Positions 32,140 to 44,650 of a stretch of DNA of 64,000 nucleotides are shown one piece after another. How positions within the stretch are numbered: position 1 is the first letter of the stretch; every line of letters starts with the position of its first letter. Location: positions 4,464,001 to 4,528,000 of the forward strand of contig OZ361257.1 of the NCBI GenBank assembly GCA_977018835.1, given 5' to 3'. Under the pieces are notes generated by a model. It worked only from the letters and a program-made list of their open reading frames with translations. It did no database searches and was not told the DNA's origin. Made by a program: the position numbers and the translations under genes. The stretch is from Minutocellus sp. GHC0000111 (lineage: Eukaryota).

Positions 32140-34310
32140 ATGATCGACTGGACCGCCCTCTCCTCCCAGCTCACCACGCCCGTTCAAGTCACCGACGTGA
32201 ATCTGTGGCTGCAGCAGTGCGTCAAGCCCTTCGATTACGTCTCCCGGAGTGATGTCTCAGCCTCTCTCGGCGCCGTGTCCAACTACGAGCTCTTTGAGCA
32301 GTCGTCGGGCCTGTGCATGCAGAGCGCCTCGTGTGCCTTCACGAATTGCACCTCTGGACCCTTCCGTGATGCGTACGAACCCTTTGCCCCCCTGGGGAAT
32401 TTGGCTTTCTACCAGAGCGTGCAGCTCGACCCAAACGGAGTCTTCCCCGTCCTTACCGACGAGGAAATCACCATGGCCGCATCTCTGTCGGAAGACAGTC
32501 AGCTCCCCGCCGCCGTCGTCCATCCCGAGCATCCCGGTGATGTCTCCGCGGCCGTGCGCTTCGCGGCCGACAATGGCCTCAAGGTTTCTGTCAAGACCAG
32601 TGGTAAGTGCATGCATAGCGTAGGCCTACATTCGTGCTTGGTCATGGCTTGGTTGTGGCTGATTGCACCATGCATCACCGAATGGTACATATTTATTCGC
32701 TTTTCCTGTAACGCTCACACATACGTACATATTATTTCCTTGCCCTACATGTACTTGAAATGAAATCCCTTCAGGTCACAACTGGATGGGATCGTCCACC
32801 CGCAAGGGCACTCTTCTCCTCAACCTCTCCAAGCTTCGCAAGTATGCCCTGCCCGAGTTGCCATCGGGCGGAATCTTCGAATGCAACACCGTCGGAGCCG
32901 GCGATGATGGCGGCATCGTTGTGGTGGAGCCTCGCGTGGGCACCATGGACGAGGACATGTACTACTTCTCCGAGTCCGTGACCGCCGCCTGCAAGATTGC
33001 CCTTGCCCGGGGCAAGCCGGCCATCATGCGCGCTGGAGGAGGACAGATTGTCGACGAAGGACTCCGAGCCGTCGAGGAATGGAACAGCGATCCCTCTCGC
33101 CCCCCGTTTCACGCAATGACGGGAGCTGCCGGCACAGTCTCTCTCGCCGGGGGCTGGCTTGCTTCTGGCGGGTTGGGCGGTCCCCTAAATATGCGAAAGT
33201 ATGGAGTCGGGTAAGTAAAATATTATGTGAAAAGGACACGGAGACCACCATGGATATCTTCCATCTAACAATGAATGATCTCACATCTTTGGCTTTCGGC
33301 CTTTCGTCGCCTTCCCGTTTTCAACACAGAGTCGACCAGGTCCTCTACGTCGAGATGGTGCTGCCGGATGGACAGTTTGTTCGTTTCGGCCCCTCGACCT
33401 GGACTCCCGCCGAAGGCAACCAGCTGTACCCCCAAACCACTTCCGTCAAGGGATACTGCATCGCCGAAGACACGGCCGACCTTTCCGATGAAAGCACTTG
33501 GTCTTGGGTCGATTGCACCGATCAGTATGGCTTCTATGACTTGTGGTTTGCCATCAGAGGAGGTGGTGGTGGGAGTTACGGTGTCATAACTTCGATTTAC
33601 TACCAACTCCACGACAAGCCGGGTAACATCCAGGGTGTATACTGGCCTGAGACCCTCTTTAGAATTGATCCATCGATGTCCAGCGAAGACAAGGACACAG
33701 TGATGATCGAAATGATCAAATTCGTCTTCAACTTCCTCTACAACCCCGATAAAGTTGGTGTTTCCGTAGATGCGAGCAATAGTTGCAGCGCTCCTGATTC
33801 GCCAATCACACTCGATTGCTACAACGGTGCTGGGCAGGCTTTCGTGGATGCATGGGATCAGTATTTTGGTGCTCTAGAAACTGCAAACATGATCAGTGGC
33901 GCCGTGCCTACCCCTCGGTTGGAAGAGTTTTCTTCGTACGCTGCAAGGGCTGCCCCTTCCCACTACAACGGCCGCGTCCAGGACGGTCCCAAGGGGGAGG
34001 TTCTTTTTGGTGGTGATACATGTAACGCCCTCGTGATTCCCATTGATGTGCTCAAAACCAAGTTTGACGCCTTCATGGACCTATATATCCCGTGCTTCTT
34101 TGATACTATTGAGGCTAGTTTTGCAGGTACGCCGGAAACTGCCTGTTTGACGCAGAACTTTACACCATACTTTTATGGCGGTGACATTCAGTTTGCCTCG
34201 GACGGCACAGATGCCTACCCTCCTCATCGTCGAAACGGGGCCTTGCACATGTACGTCCTGCATGAGGACGTCCGCGAGCAATTCAAGAAATTGATCTGGG
34301 ATGTCGAAGA
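32140..34310 (+). pseudogene. FAD-linked oxidase (berberine-bridge-enzyme-like), 3'-truncated at duplication junction (exons 32140-32602, 32775-33210, 33330-34310)
   Basis: PAAVVHP, VSVKTSGH.W.G.S, GGWLASGG, G.GVDQVL..EMVLPDG, LWFAIRGGGGGSYGVITS. GT-AG introns. The C-terminal BBE segment is absent. Confidence 0.85.
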
Positions 34311-34910
34311 AAACAGCAAATCGCGAATGAGGAAGATAAAGAACCAACGACGCAATTTGAAGAAGCATTGCCTTCAAGGGAAGTGTCTGCGAATAACGGA
34401 TGGACGTGCACAGGCGATTGCTGTTGTTGTCCTACGGGCAGCTCGAGAGGCGGAGTTGATCTCGACTGCTGTTGCTGCAATAGCGGCAACGACTGTAATA
34501 TCGATGGCGACGGAGGTGACTGTGCAGGAGTTTGTTTCATCATTGTTGTCATCACTATTGGAATTCTGGCAACAGTTGGCATCTTCGTTGGAATTGTGAT
34601 GTCTGTAGTATTGTTTCAACGGATAACTCAACGGCACATCCATCATTTACAAAAGAAACGTCTCGTCGCAGAATTTCGCGTGCTAGATTTGGACGGGTGC
34701 GATGCATCTTTACTTGCTGCTGAACATGATGATGGCGAGGCCCAACGATCTGGCGAAATAATGCATGTTGCACCGTTGGAAGACCATTTGGAGTCTGATG
34801 ATGCATGTGCCGGTAGCCTGCCATCTCTTCATAACGACGACATCGTGCATCTGACAATTTCCAACGCAACTCGTGCTCGATATCGGTTTTCATTGAGACG
34901 AGAAAGATAA
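34311..34910 (+). pseudogene. Orphan 3' half of the RING-CH gene (copy B start)
   Basis: Identical to 668-1273 apart from a 6-bp deletion in the Cys run. Lacks the RING domain and promoter. Confidence 0.9.
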
Positions 34911-34945
34911 AAACAAAAGTCCATTGCATTCCAAATATTGACGAT

Positions 34946-35689
34946 ATGGTTGAAGCGAATCATCTATCGGCTGCTGAGCTGCATGCCGCGATGGGAACTG
35001 CAGAGATGCCCCCTCTTGGTGGTGGTGATGGAGGTGGAGTTGTTCGCCCTCCTTGGCCCAACACCGCAGGAGTCACAGCAGCCGTCTCTCCTCCAGGAAT
35101 GTCAATTGTGGTCCCACAGATGACGACTCTACCACCTCATGGTAGCATGTTGCTCCCTTCGTTTACCGGCGGCGGCCTTCTGCCAAATGTACCTCGAGTA
35201 TCTCCTCCGCATTTCATTCCCAATACTTTACCCCATCCTGTGCCGGCCGGCGGTGCATCACTCCAGCAATTTGCTGCCATGTACCCCCCTCAGCAGTTGC
35301 CACCTCAGTTCCACCATGCGTATCATCAGGCCTCTGCTATGAGACCATCGCCTCAGCTCTCCCACGAGGTGCAGATGCAGCTCCAGAACCGGCAGCAGGC
35401 GGCATCGGCTCGGTTCCTTTCAAGCAATGCGACGGACGTGTTTGCTCAGGCAGAAACCATGCATCTGATGGCCGTCAAGCGTGTGCACATCGACAAGATG
35501 AAGAAGGACATGACGGGTGACAGTGGTATGAATTCTGCGGTATCTGCTTCTGCCACATCATTTTCTGGTGCAGGTGCTGATGGTATGGCAGCCATGCAGA
35601 AGAAGAATGAGGAGCGCCTGGAAGCGGCCGCTTCGATGGCTGCCATGGAGGCCTTGAGCTCGGCGGCCACGGCGGAATCAACGAAGTGA
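34946..35689 (+). CDS. Hypothetical low-complexity protein (copy B)
   Basis: Identical translation to 1309..2052. Confidence 0.55.
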   Translation: MVEANHLSAAELHAAMGTAEMPPLGGGDGGGVVRPPWPNTAGVTAAVSPPGMSIVVPQMTTLPPHGSMLLPSFTGGGLLPNVPRVSPPHFIPNTLPHPVPAGGASLQQFAAMYPPQQLPPQFHHAYHQASAMRPSPQLSHEVQMQLQNRQQAASARFLSSNATDVFAQAETMHLMAVKRVHIDKMKKDMTGDSGMNSAVSASATSFSGAGADGMAAMQKKNEERLEAAASMAAMEALSSAATAESTK

Positions 35690-35929
35690 GCTTGATTGAT
35701 ACAATGACAAAAGAAAAATAGAGCCCTCGGAATGTTCGAAGTCAGGGTTGATCTTTAGCTTTCCGAGTTTATCTAATATCCATGATGAAGAGGGATACGC
35801 CCATATATACGCCACGGACCAACATGCACGCCAAACGAGATTAGATACATACATAAAAGTAAAAAGTACTTTTATCCATTTTTGATATGCATTTGGCATT
35901 GTATCTTCGTTTTTATGTTAGACTATGGA

Positions 35930-37804
35930 TCATATACCCTCCGACTCAAAGGTAAGTTGGATCATCTCGTCACTTTCCTTGCTGCCCAGTTGGTTCATAT
36001 TTCTCGCTGGCTGCGTCGCTACGTCCACAAAGGTACCGATCACTCGGGCCGGTACACCAACGGCGACGGAATGATCCGGAAGATCCTCGATGACGAGCGT
36101 CCCGGCACCAACTTGGCATCCGTCGCCTATACGAATGTTGCCCAGGGCCGAGCATCCGGCGCCGAGAAGGACTCCATTTCCTACCTTGGGATGACGATCG
36201 ACGCCCTTCTTGCCAGATCCGCCAAGCGTAACGTGGTGCAATATGGAGCAGTTGTGACCAACCTGCGCCGTTTCGCCGATCACAATGCCGGTTCCATGAT
36301 CCAGCATCACGCCTTCGAGAATGGTCGCATTTGGATGGATATCAATCTGGAAGGTTTGCGACACCTGAGATTGTAAATAATGAGCAAGCGTGGTTCGTCC
36401 TGTCTTCCACAGATGGTTGGCAACGCGATAGCTCTCAAGCGAGTGGAATCCTTTAAAATAAAGAAAAACATCCGGCAGATGTTCACATGCCGGGTCACGA
36501 TCTCTCACTGCCAAGATATCGGCTCTCAAACTTCGTCGGAATGTCGGTGAGGCATCCAAAGCCTCCTTGATGAGGGTCATGATCTGGGTGGCAATCATGG
36601 CCGGAGCTGAGAGCTTGTTGGCGAGATGAAAAGCCAGGGCTGATTCGAGGGTGGGATGGTTCAGGATGGTGGAATGCAGGAAACTGACCAGAATGGGCTC
36701 ACGGATTGCCTCCTCGTTGGCTTCGTAGCGCATCAAATCCCACACCAGATCTATGCTGTTGTCCGGATCATAGACAGAAAGGGGCACTGAAAGGTCAATA
36801 TCCTCAAAGGGAACAGGTCCGTCGCTGCTGGAAGAGATACTTGTCGACTCATGAATATGCTCTTCGGCATCATCAATGTCGGTTTCATCATGCAGTAGTG
36901 CATTCACATATGCCGAGGCCGCTGCTTCCACAGCTTCATCGTCAACGTGGTGTTCATGGAGAGACTTGTCGCCCTCAACTTCTTTTGTAGAAGGCACTGA
37001 TGATGGATCAGTTGAGCCACCATCGATATGCGCACCGACCAGGCCGCTGCTCTTGGTATCATCCTCAATCTCATCCCAACTGTCCACACGATGCGGAGGC
37101 CTCTCTCCCGTCTTGTCGTCGGCTGTTGCTTTCGCAGATCTTGACCTTTTCGGCTCATCCTTGCCCTTCTCCACGCGGCTCAAACCAGACAAGGACGTCG
37201 TCCCGCCGCTTCCGGTGGCTCGACTTAGGAACTCCCCATCGTCGCCCTTGGCAATGAGCTTCCGAGTCCGACGTCGCTCGGCACCGGCCACAATTGGAGA
37301 ATTCTTGTTCATTCCCAAATCATATCGGGCCGTCTTCTTCTTCTTTGGCGCTGACTTCGTCTTGTCATCGTCGCCATTCGGTTGCTTGCTGCTCTTGTCG
37401 TACACTTGTGGTGCAGTCGGCACCCGCGGCTTTTGTGAACCCGAACGACTGTCCTGCGAGTATCCCGCACCCCAGAAATCAACGTAGCTCATTTCACCTA
37501 CTGTGGCATCGCTATCGGCCGTGGAATTGCCAGCAGCATTCTTCCGCAAATGATCCAAAGGTTTGTTCTGGCCCGAGCCAAGATCATACGAAACGCTTCG
37601 TTTGCTCTTCTTCTTCTGATCCTTTTTGGACATATCTTGTGCTGGTTCTGCATCTGGAATAGAATTGTCGGATGCTTTGGAATGTGAAGAGACGCCGTGT
37701 CCTACTCCCCAATTCTGTGTAAATGCGTGAGCCGATGGAGTTGACCATATCAACAATAGAAGCAGAATTGAAGGTGCACCAAGTTTGGAGAACGATGCTG
37801 TCAT
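35930..37804 (-). CDS. cysE: Serine O-acetyltransferase (copy B)
   Basis: Duplicate of 2293..4167. Confidence 0.95.
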   Translation of the reverse strand: MTASFSKLGAPSILLLLLIWSTPSAHAFTQNWGVGHGVSSHSKASDNSIPDAEPAQDMSKKDQKKKSKRSVSYDLGSGQNKPLDHLRKNAAGNSTADSDATVGEMSYVDFWGAGYSQDSRSGSQKPRVPTAPQVYDKSSKQPNGDDDKTKSAPKKKKTARYDLGMNKNSPIVAGAERRRTRKLIAKGDDGEFLSRATGSGGTTSLSGLSRVEKGKDEPKRSRSAKATADDKTGERPPHRVDSWDEIEDDTKSSGLVGAHIDGGSTDPSSVPSTKEVEGDKSLHEHHVDDEAVEAAASAYVNALLHDETDIDDAEEHIHESTSISSSSDGPVPFEDIDLSVPLSVYDPDNSIDLVWDLMRYEANEEAIREPILVSFLHSTILNHPTLESALAFHLANKLSAPAMIATQIMTLIKEALDASPTFRRSLRADILAVRDRDPACEHLPDVFLYFKGFHSLESYRVANHLWKTGRTTLAHYLQSQVSQTFQIDIHPNATILEGVMLDHGTGIVIGETAQVGHNCSILHHVTLGGSGKKGVDRHPKVGNGVLLGAGCSALGNIRIGDGCQVGAGTLVIEDLPDHSVAVGVPARVIGTFVDVATQPARNMNQLGSKESDEMIQLTFESEGI

Positions 37805-38069
37805 CGTCGTACTTCTTCGTCGCTTGTTGCTTTGTTGGTTCTTCCTTGATCGTATCTCTTGTGAATCCGAAGCCGATATGGGGTTTGTCATGCTTTCAAT
37901 GGAGGGCAAGTAAATGCAAGATAGACAATTGATTGCGATATTGCTATGGAATAGGCGGTGAGGTGGCTTTCATTTTGTTCTCTGCCACAGAAAATGCCGC
38001 CTGCTCGAAAATTTCGGATGGCCGGACAGACCGTTCGCGCAACCGCCACCGCTACCGTCCCTGCCCTAA

Positions 38070-39444
38070 GAGGCAGTCCAAACAAGAGAGTTTTTGAGGG
38101 AAGCGAAAAACAGCCACGCAGAAAACTTCCTTGGAAATTCGAGAGGGAAAAGCCCGTCCAAAGCGATCGAGGCCGAAACGAAAAAGAGGCAAGGATAAAA
38201 TACGAAGTGCTTGGCCAGACACTGGGCAAACCGATCGCGGAGACGATGATGCCAGGCGTTGGATGCATGTACCAGATAGATAGTATGATAAAATATATAC
38301 TCCTAGTTATATTTTGAAGCAAGATGCGCAACAATCAGCCACCACTATTCTCGTGTTCGAGCAGTCAGCACAACACGTTTGCCCGTCCGCTACGTGTAGA
38401 TCTAGTTGTGCCAACGATGGCGAGACCTCCTCGTTCTCGACGTGGTCGTACCTCATTTGCTCGTGATAGACGAAATGATCGATTCTCTCATCTTGCAACG
38501 CTTGTAATCGTTCTTGATGAGGAAGAAATGGAACATCTCGGTTCGAAACTTGGTTGTAAAAACATACCAAGAGTTCGGAAAAGCGTTGAGAAGATGATTC
38601 TCGAGCTCGGCATCAGCGCAAGAAAGGCATTGCGAATGGACCCCCATGTCTTCTACCAACTCCATGATGTTCTCGAGGCTGATGTTGCTGCAAAGTTCAG
38701 TTCTCGAAAGGCTGGCGATACCACTGAGGGTCAATTCGCTCCCAACGGTTTGGTGTCAACCAAGCTTCGGCTAAGTTGCGCCATACGATACTTCGCCGGC
38801 GCAGCCGTGTACGATCTCATCCTTACTCACGGCGGTCGAGGTGATGGGGGCCTGGGCGGTAAGCAACAGTACTTTGTGGCACGATGAAGCGGCAGATGTT
38901 CTCAGTGAGGGTAGAAGTAGAGCACATGCTACATCGGACAGGTTCAAACTTGTTGACTGAATAGTTGAATGAAAGGATGGTCAAACCATCCTCGTCGGCA
39001 TCGGATGCGGCGGTAGCACCGCCCGCTGCTGCGGAAGCGGAAGCGGCGGCCGCCTCTGACGCCTCTGTCCGCGTGTTTGCCATGACGGCGGCGGCCTCTG
39101 GTAGCAGACGCACAAGATACGGTGCACAGAAGGCCGGGCAAGGATACAAAGCCAGATGCGGGATGGGCCTGAAATAAATGGCTCAACATTGTGAAGGAGA
39201 GCGTGATGGGCGGACTCCGATCGATACCGCCCATTTTCACGCGGAAAGAGGAGCTTGGCTCTTTCTCCACCCCTCTCAAAGACGTTTGTCGACCTTGGAG
39301 CGAACGGCACGGCATTTCATCGAAGACCTCCGGGTGCTTTTGGAAAAACATCGAAGTTGATCAACGTCTTGAAGTACACAAAACCATTACCTACTTGCCT
39401 CAAATTTGCACTTCCCCCAAAAACTCTCTTGTTTGGACCGCCTC
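38070..39444. mobile_element. Internally deleted PIF/Harbinger element (copy B)
   Basis: Same TIRs and TAA TSD as 4433-5802. Transposase fragment at 38324..38887; 5-bp insertion near 39305. Confidence 0.9.
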
Positions 39445-39460
39445 TAACGTGCCAGGAAGG

Positions 39461-40645
39461 ATGAGCGATGCCGATGATCCCTTTGCCTGCTTCGGCGGCG
39501 ACGATAGCAACGGCGAAGACGATGCGTCGATTGAAGCGGCCGCCGGTGGTGCGGCTAACACCGACAAGAAAGAAGAAAATGGAGCCGACGCCACCCAAAT
39601 AGAAGAAATCAGCAGGGAGGCCATTCAAGCCCAGCGTCTGCGTCAGGAGGCAGAGGCGCGCCAAACCTACGCCAAACTTGCGTCGTCGCCCTCCAGCATC
39701 CAACCATTGCACACCTCCGAACCTGAGAAATATGCCAATCGATTTGAGGTATACGAATGCTCCCACGAGGATGGTTACGACACCGGTCAGAAGGGGGTGC
39801 GGGCCACCAAATCTTACAAGGTCGGGGAGGAGATACTGAGAGAATATCCCGCCATGAGGGTGTGCACGTCGCATCCGGCGTCGAGTCCCGAGGAGGCCGA
39901 GGACAAGTTCCGACGGGCGGTCCAGGAGTCATATGATGCCTGTTCGGAGATTACCAAAGCTGCTATTATGGAGCTTTCGTCGTGCAGAGAGGACAATGCA
40001 CCCGGCGGAGAGAAGACGCTGCATGCCATCTTCAGCACCAACACCTATGCTCTTGGCCAAGGGGCCACCTACGGAGGACTCTTCTTGTCGCTGAGCCGAT
40101 TGAATCATTCCTGCCGGCCCAATTGCGTGCACCACTGGCGACCCGATAAGCACTGCATGATCGTCCATGCGGTTCGGGACATTGAGGAAGGAGAGGAACT
40201 CTATACGTGCTACGGCCCGGGAGATTGCCGTCTAACGAGCGAACGGCAGGAATATCTAGTCGAGAGGTACAATTTTCGGTGCCTCTGTGGCATGTGCCAA
40301 GAGGGATCGGATGTGAAGAACGATGGAAATAAGCTTGAGTATGAGCGGATCAATCGATTTCACGACAATTTGCCCATGCTCACGTCGCGCGATCCTGAAA
40401 AGGCCATTGCCAAGGTGGAGGAGTGTTTGGAATTGCTGCAACAGCTGCAAATGGGAGAGGCACATTTCATACCAATCCTTCACTTTGGTTACGTTATTGC
40501 ACGAGACGGGCTGCGTGATCTAGACCAAGGTCGGTCGTATCTGAAGAGAGAAGTGACGGCTTTGGAGCACAGCCAAGGCAGTGACAGCTATGGGGCAATC
40601 GACGCTCGAGAACTACTGAACAAAGTTGAAAGAGAGCTTGGCTGA
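39461..40645 (+). CDS. SET-domain lysine methyltransferase (copy B)
   Basis: Duplicate of 5819..7003 with one D>N change. Confidence 0.9.
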   Translation: MSDADDPFACFGGDDSNGEDDASIEAAAGGAANTDKKEENGADATQIEEISREAIQAQRLRQEAEARQTYAKLASSPSSIQPLHTSEPEKYANRFEVYECSHEDGYDTGQKGVRATKSYKVGEEILREYPAMRVCTSHPASSPEEAEDKFRRAVQESYDACSEITKAAIMELSSCREDNAPGGEKTLHAIFSTNTYALGQGATYGGLFLSLSRLNHSCRPNCVHHWRPDKHCMIVHAVRDIEEGEELYTCYGPGDCRLTSERQEYLVERYNFRCLCGMCQEGSDVKNDGNKLEYERINRFHDNLPMLTSRDPEKAIAKVEECLELLQQLQMGEAHFIPILHFGYVIARDGLRDLDQGRSYLKREVTALEHSQGSDSYGAIDARELLNKVERELG

Positions 40646-40746
40646 GTTCCAGATGCCGTCGGTAAAAGGTACACAGCAGACGTAAGCTATTGAGGTACAT
40701 CTTAAGGTAAGGAAAGTATACCTACATACGTAGCTACAGTACATCG

Positions 40747-42702
40747 CTATCCCTGCTGCTGATACTTCTTCATTGCATCCAGTAGCAATCGTTGTTCGAC
40801 ATCGGTTCCGCCCTTTGGTGTTGTGGTTTCTACTGCCTCGGAGCTCTTCGCTGTGGCGGTCGCACTTGCCTCGGCTAGGATATCCAAAGCAGTTTGAGGC
40901 TGGGGAGCTGGGGCGGCGCCATTTCCAATAGGAAGTGACGGAGTCGCCTGCTGGCCCACAACCTTGGCAGCTGCCATCAGCTCCAACGCCTTGAGCCTGT
41001 CTTCTTGCTCCTTTTGCACTTGCGCTGCCCTTGCCCTGCTCATTTCCTCCTGCTTTTGTTTCATCATGGCCGCGGTGGCAGGGTCGAGCCCTCCGTCACC
41101 CTGCGCAGCCATTAGCTCGAGGGCTTTGAGACGTTCTTCTTGCTCTCGCTGCAGCTGAGCCGCTCGGGCCTGACACATTTGGTCTTGCACCGCCTTGATT
41201 TGTGCCGGATCGGTCGGTACTCCGGGAATGGGAACGCTCGCAGCGGATGCGCTTGATACGCTCGCGCTGCTCTTGGCTGCGGCCAAACCCCCAAGCGTTT
41301 TGAGCCGATCCTCTTGTTCCTTCTGCAATTGTTCTCGGCGGGCACGTATGGCGGCCTCCTGTTGAGCCAAAATAGCGTCCTCGAGGCGGTGCTGTGCCAT
41401 GATTTCTTCAGCTGTCTTGGGCCCACCGATCGATGCATTGCCGATCATGGCGCTATATTGTGCCGCGGCCTGTGCCTGTGCAGCAGCTACTGCCGCCTCA
41501 ACCGCCGAGGAAGACTTTTCAGCCACTGCTGTATTGACCCCCAGCAGTTCCGATGCGCCTCCAATGTTGATGCTGGTGGGTACCGCCGACGACTTGCCAC
41601 CGGAAGCAGCACCAGCTTCGCTCATGCTGTGATCGTCGTCGTCAAACCCGAGCCCGCTGACGGCACTGCCATACGATGTCCGTCGCGTCGCGCTGACTCT
41701 GCGCTGAGCCTGCTGGAATTGCGTCCCACTTCCCCGCCGGCCGCCCGAGGCGCTGAGCCGGCCGGCGCCGCTCACTCTACCGGACAGACTGGCCCGCCCT
41801 CCGGTGCTGGTGCGGGATCCACCCCCGCCAAAGGCAGCGGCGGCCCTCATGATGGCCATGTCGTCGTCGTCATCGTCACCGGACACTGTATACGACCCTC
41901 GCCTGGTAGTGCCCAAGGTCAGCCGCTCGGTGGCATTCGCTAGAGCATCCCGGGCACCACTGGTCCTTCGAACGGGTTTGTCAGTGGTCACCGACCCATA
42001 ACTGCCCCGTCGTTTCGCGGCATTGTCGGCCTGCGTCCTGAGCTCCTTGTCGCTGTAGTGACAATTCATCTTGACGCACAGCGTCGGATCATCCCTCACG
42101 AACAATTCGTGATGGTACGACCCCTTGTCGGGACCCTTGGTGATCTGCCGAAACCCCCATCGGTACAGCTTGCGGGTGAAGGATTTGAATTTGGTGGACT
42201 TGAAGTATCTGGCCAGGACCTCGGAGGAGAAGGCGTCGGGATCGGTAATGACAAAGGCCTTGCCGTGCGGCATCCAATGGATGCTGGTGGAGTAGGTTGG
42301 GGAGTTCGGGTCCGACGTTGCCGTTTGCGTCATGTCCTGTGATATGGGGGGAGGTTTAGGGTGGAATGTGTAAATGAGTCAAACTTTGTATGAAGCGAAT
42401 CGAATCTTCATACCGATGATTAAATTGCAGACATCAAATACATAGTATCTTTGCAATCCGGTATCATATCGCTGAGTTGAGAAACCAATAACAGGTTCGT
42501 GCACTCCTTCTTCCGAACCAATCATTGGTGAAACAAAAGTGCCACTCACCATGAGCTTCTCGGGAAAGGTCCGACCACCGGCAGTCGACGCCGACGACGC
42601 GATGGAGGCAACCGACGTCCCGGACGTCCGTCGGGGCATCACTCCCGACGTTCGTCGTACCGGTTGTGCCGCCTTGGGCGATTGCGGCATCGGGGAGGAC
42701 AT
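40747..42702 (-). CDS. HSF-type transcription factor, intact (exons 42702-42550, 42336-40747)
   Basis: Exon 1 MSSPMPQ...TFPEKLM, intron GTGAGT...ACAG, exon 2 DMTQ...IHWMPHGKAF...KFKSFTRKLYRWGF, giving a complete HSF DNA-binding domain. Confidence 0.92.
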
Positions 42703-43504
42703 TTATTTCAGTTTATATATTGCGCGTTTTGTATTTTCGGCGGCTTTGTTGAGTGATTCAGTGCGCGCCGATACTTATTCCTAGTACGAGCTGGTTCTGG
42801 TTTTGGGTGACGGATCTTTGCGATGGAAAAGCTCTGCTACTCTGGATCGGATGTTGCGGGTCGAAAGTTGGCACAAGACGTGCTGGTTTGCGTCGAATAA
42901 ATGATTCAAAACCAAATCCTCAAGCCGGCAATCAGGCTGCAGGGAAATGCTATGCCAGAAATATCTTGGCAAGGAGAGTATCCCTTCTTGATGCAATGGT
43001 AGGCCCTATTCGTGTTCTTCAGGAGGGAACGGAACGTCGGAAATTGTCCGATGTGTCGTGATGGGGGGGAAATGGGGAAATGAGTTCGAATTTATTTCCT
43101 TCCAAAGGGTCGCGACAGGAGAACAACCAAGAAGCAATGGAGGATTGCCGCGCGAATATGATATCTTGTATTGCTTTGCTTCTCTTCCGCTGTGCTCCGC
43201 TCTTGCTGTTGCTGGGCACGCAAGCAAGGAACCAGCCCAATCTTGTGTTGCGGGCCGCACAACGGCCAAACGGACGGGAAGACCAACGCGTCATGCAAAA
43301 TGCCGCTGTTGGATGACGGAAAGAAGAAACTGTGATGACCTGTCTATCTATCTAACGTGGAAATGAAAGACCCGCAAATTGGACCTTCACCGGCCTTCAC
43401 GCTCGGCGTCGCTCAATCAGCTTCAAGTTGATGAGCCAATAATGACATTCAATTCGCCAGTGTTAGAGCGAGGGGGCAGACCTCGCGAAAAGGAATCATC
43501 CGCA

Positions 43505-44650
43505 ATGGCGTCTAATTACTCCCTCAAATCAATAGCATTATTATTGTGCCTATCGTCGGCCGGGGCGTTTGTTTCTCGGCCTTCATCGGCGGTACCACCT
43601 CCTTCTTTCACTCAATTCTCCTCCCGGACAACGTCATCCAATGGTAACAACATAAACGCACGTCGATCATGTCGCCTCTCCTCGACGTCCGACTCGGCGC
43701 AGTCGGTTGCTGCATCAACCGACGACGCCGTTTCCGATCCCGCAACAACCATCACAGTGGCACTCACTCGTGAATTGGGCAAGAACGACAAGCTGGAGAA
43801 GACGCTCACGGCTCATCCCGGCCTGCAAATGATGGGACTGAACCTCAACGTCATCGAATTGCCCTGCATTGAGCATGCCGATGGTGATGACTTGGCCAAA
43901 CTGGTGGATATATTATCAAGCGCCGATGGTGGTGATTCGATAAGTTACTTTGATTATGTGGTTATTACATCTCCCGAGGCGGCGAGAGTGTTGGCATCGG
44001 CAGTCGAGCAGAGCGATATGGCAAGTTTGGACGTATTCAATGATTCTGTCCAAGTGGCTGCAGTTGGGAAAGCCACTGGCAAGGCCTTAGAAAAGTTGGG
44101 CATCGCTGTGGACTTTGTCCCAAGCCAAGCCACGGGAGAAACGCTGTCTGCGGAACTACCGGCAGTGGAGGGAGCGCAACGGACCAAGATTCTGTATCCG
44201 GCATCCGCCAAAGCTCGAAACGACATTCAGGAGGGATTGGAGGCACGTACCAACGATGCCAATGATGTGGCAGTGTTTGACTTTACAAGGTTGAACACTT
44301 ACGATACAGTACCGGCAACATTCAATCCATCCCAAATGTCTGATGTGGATGACATTGAAATCACCTGCTTCGGTTCTCCCTCGGCCGTCAACGCCTGGTT
44401 GGAGAACATGGACGTCAAGTTTAATCTGCAGGATATGGATGAGGAGGAGAAGAAGAAGCTTGGGGCGCAAGGCAACGGAAATGTACTGGCGGCGTGCATC
44501 GGAACGACTTCCGCTAGGGCTGTGTTGGAGAGCGGTCGGTGGAACGCCATGGATATCTACTACCCCAAGGAGAATCCAGGCGTCGATAGCTGGGCCGATA
44601 GCATCGTTCAGGCCTGTGGTGATGTGCTGGAGCGCAAGTTTTGGTCGTGA
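43505..44650 (+). CDS. hemD: Uroporphyrinogen-III synthase, plastid-targeted (single copy in window)
   Basis: VALTRELGKN, LPCIEH, FDYVVITSPEAA, VAAVGKAT, ILYPASAKA, RLNTYDT, FGSPSAV, ACIGTTSA. Signal peptide ending AGA-F from ATG 43505. Confidence 0.92.
   Translation: MASNYSLKSIALLLCLSSAGAFVSRPSSAVPPPSFTQFSSRTTSSNGNNINARRSCRLSSTSDSAQSVAASTDDAVSDPATTITVALTRELGKNDKLEKTLTAHPGLQMMGLNLNVIELPCIEHADGDDLAKLVDILSSADGGDSISYFDYVVITSPEAARVLASAVEQSDMASLDVFNDSVQVAAVGKATGKALEKLGIAVDFVPSQATGETLSAELPAVEGAQRTKILYPASAKARNDIQEGLEARTNDANDVAVFDFTRLNTYDTVPATFNPSQMSDVDDIEITCFGSPSAVNAWLENMDVKFNLQDMDEEEKKKLGAQGNGNVLAACIGTTSARAVLESGRWNAMDIYYPKENPGVDSWADSIVQACGDVLERKFWS

Larger units (their letters stand above)
668..34310 (+). 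repeat. Segmental tandem duplication, copy A (33.6 kb; lacks a 3126-bp segment present in copy B)
   Basis: AAACAGCAAATCGCGAATGAGG at 668 recurs at 34311. All ORFs repeat at offsets 33643, 33637, 33642, 33648, 36774 and 36786, with the steps explained by indels. Confidence 0.97.
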
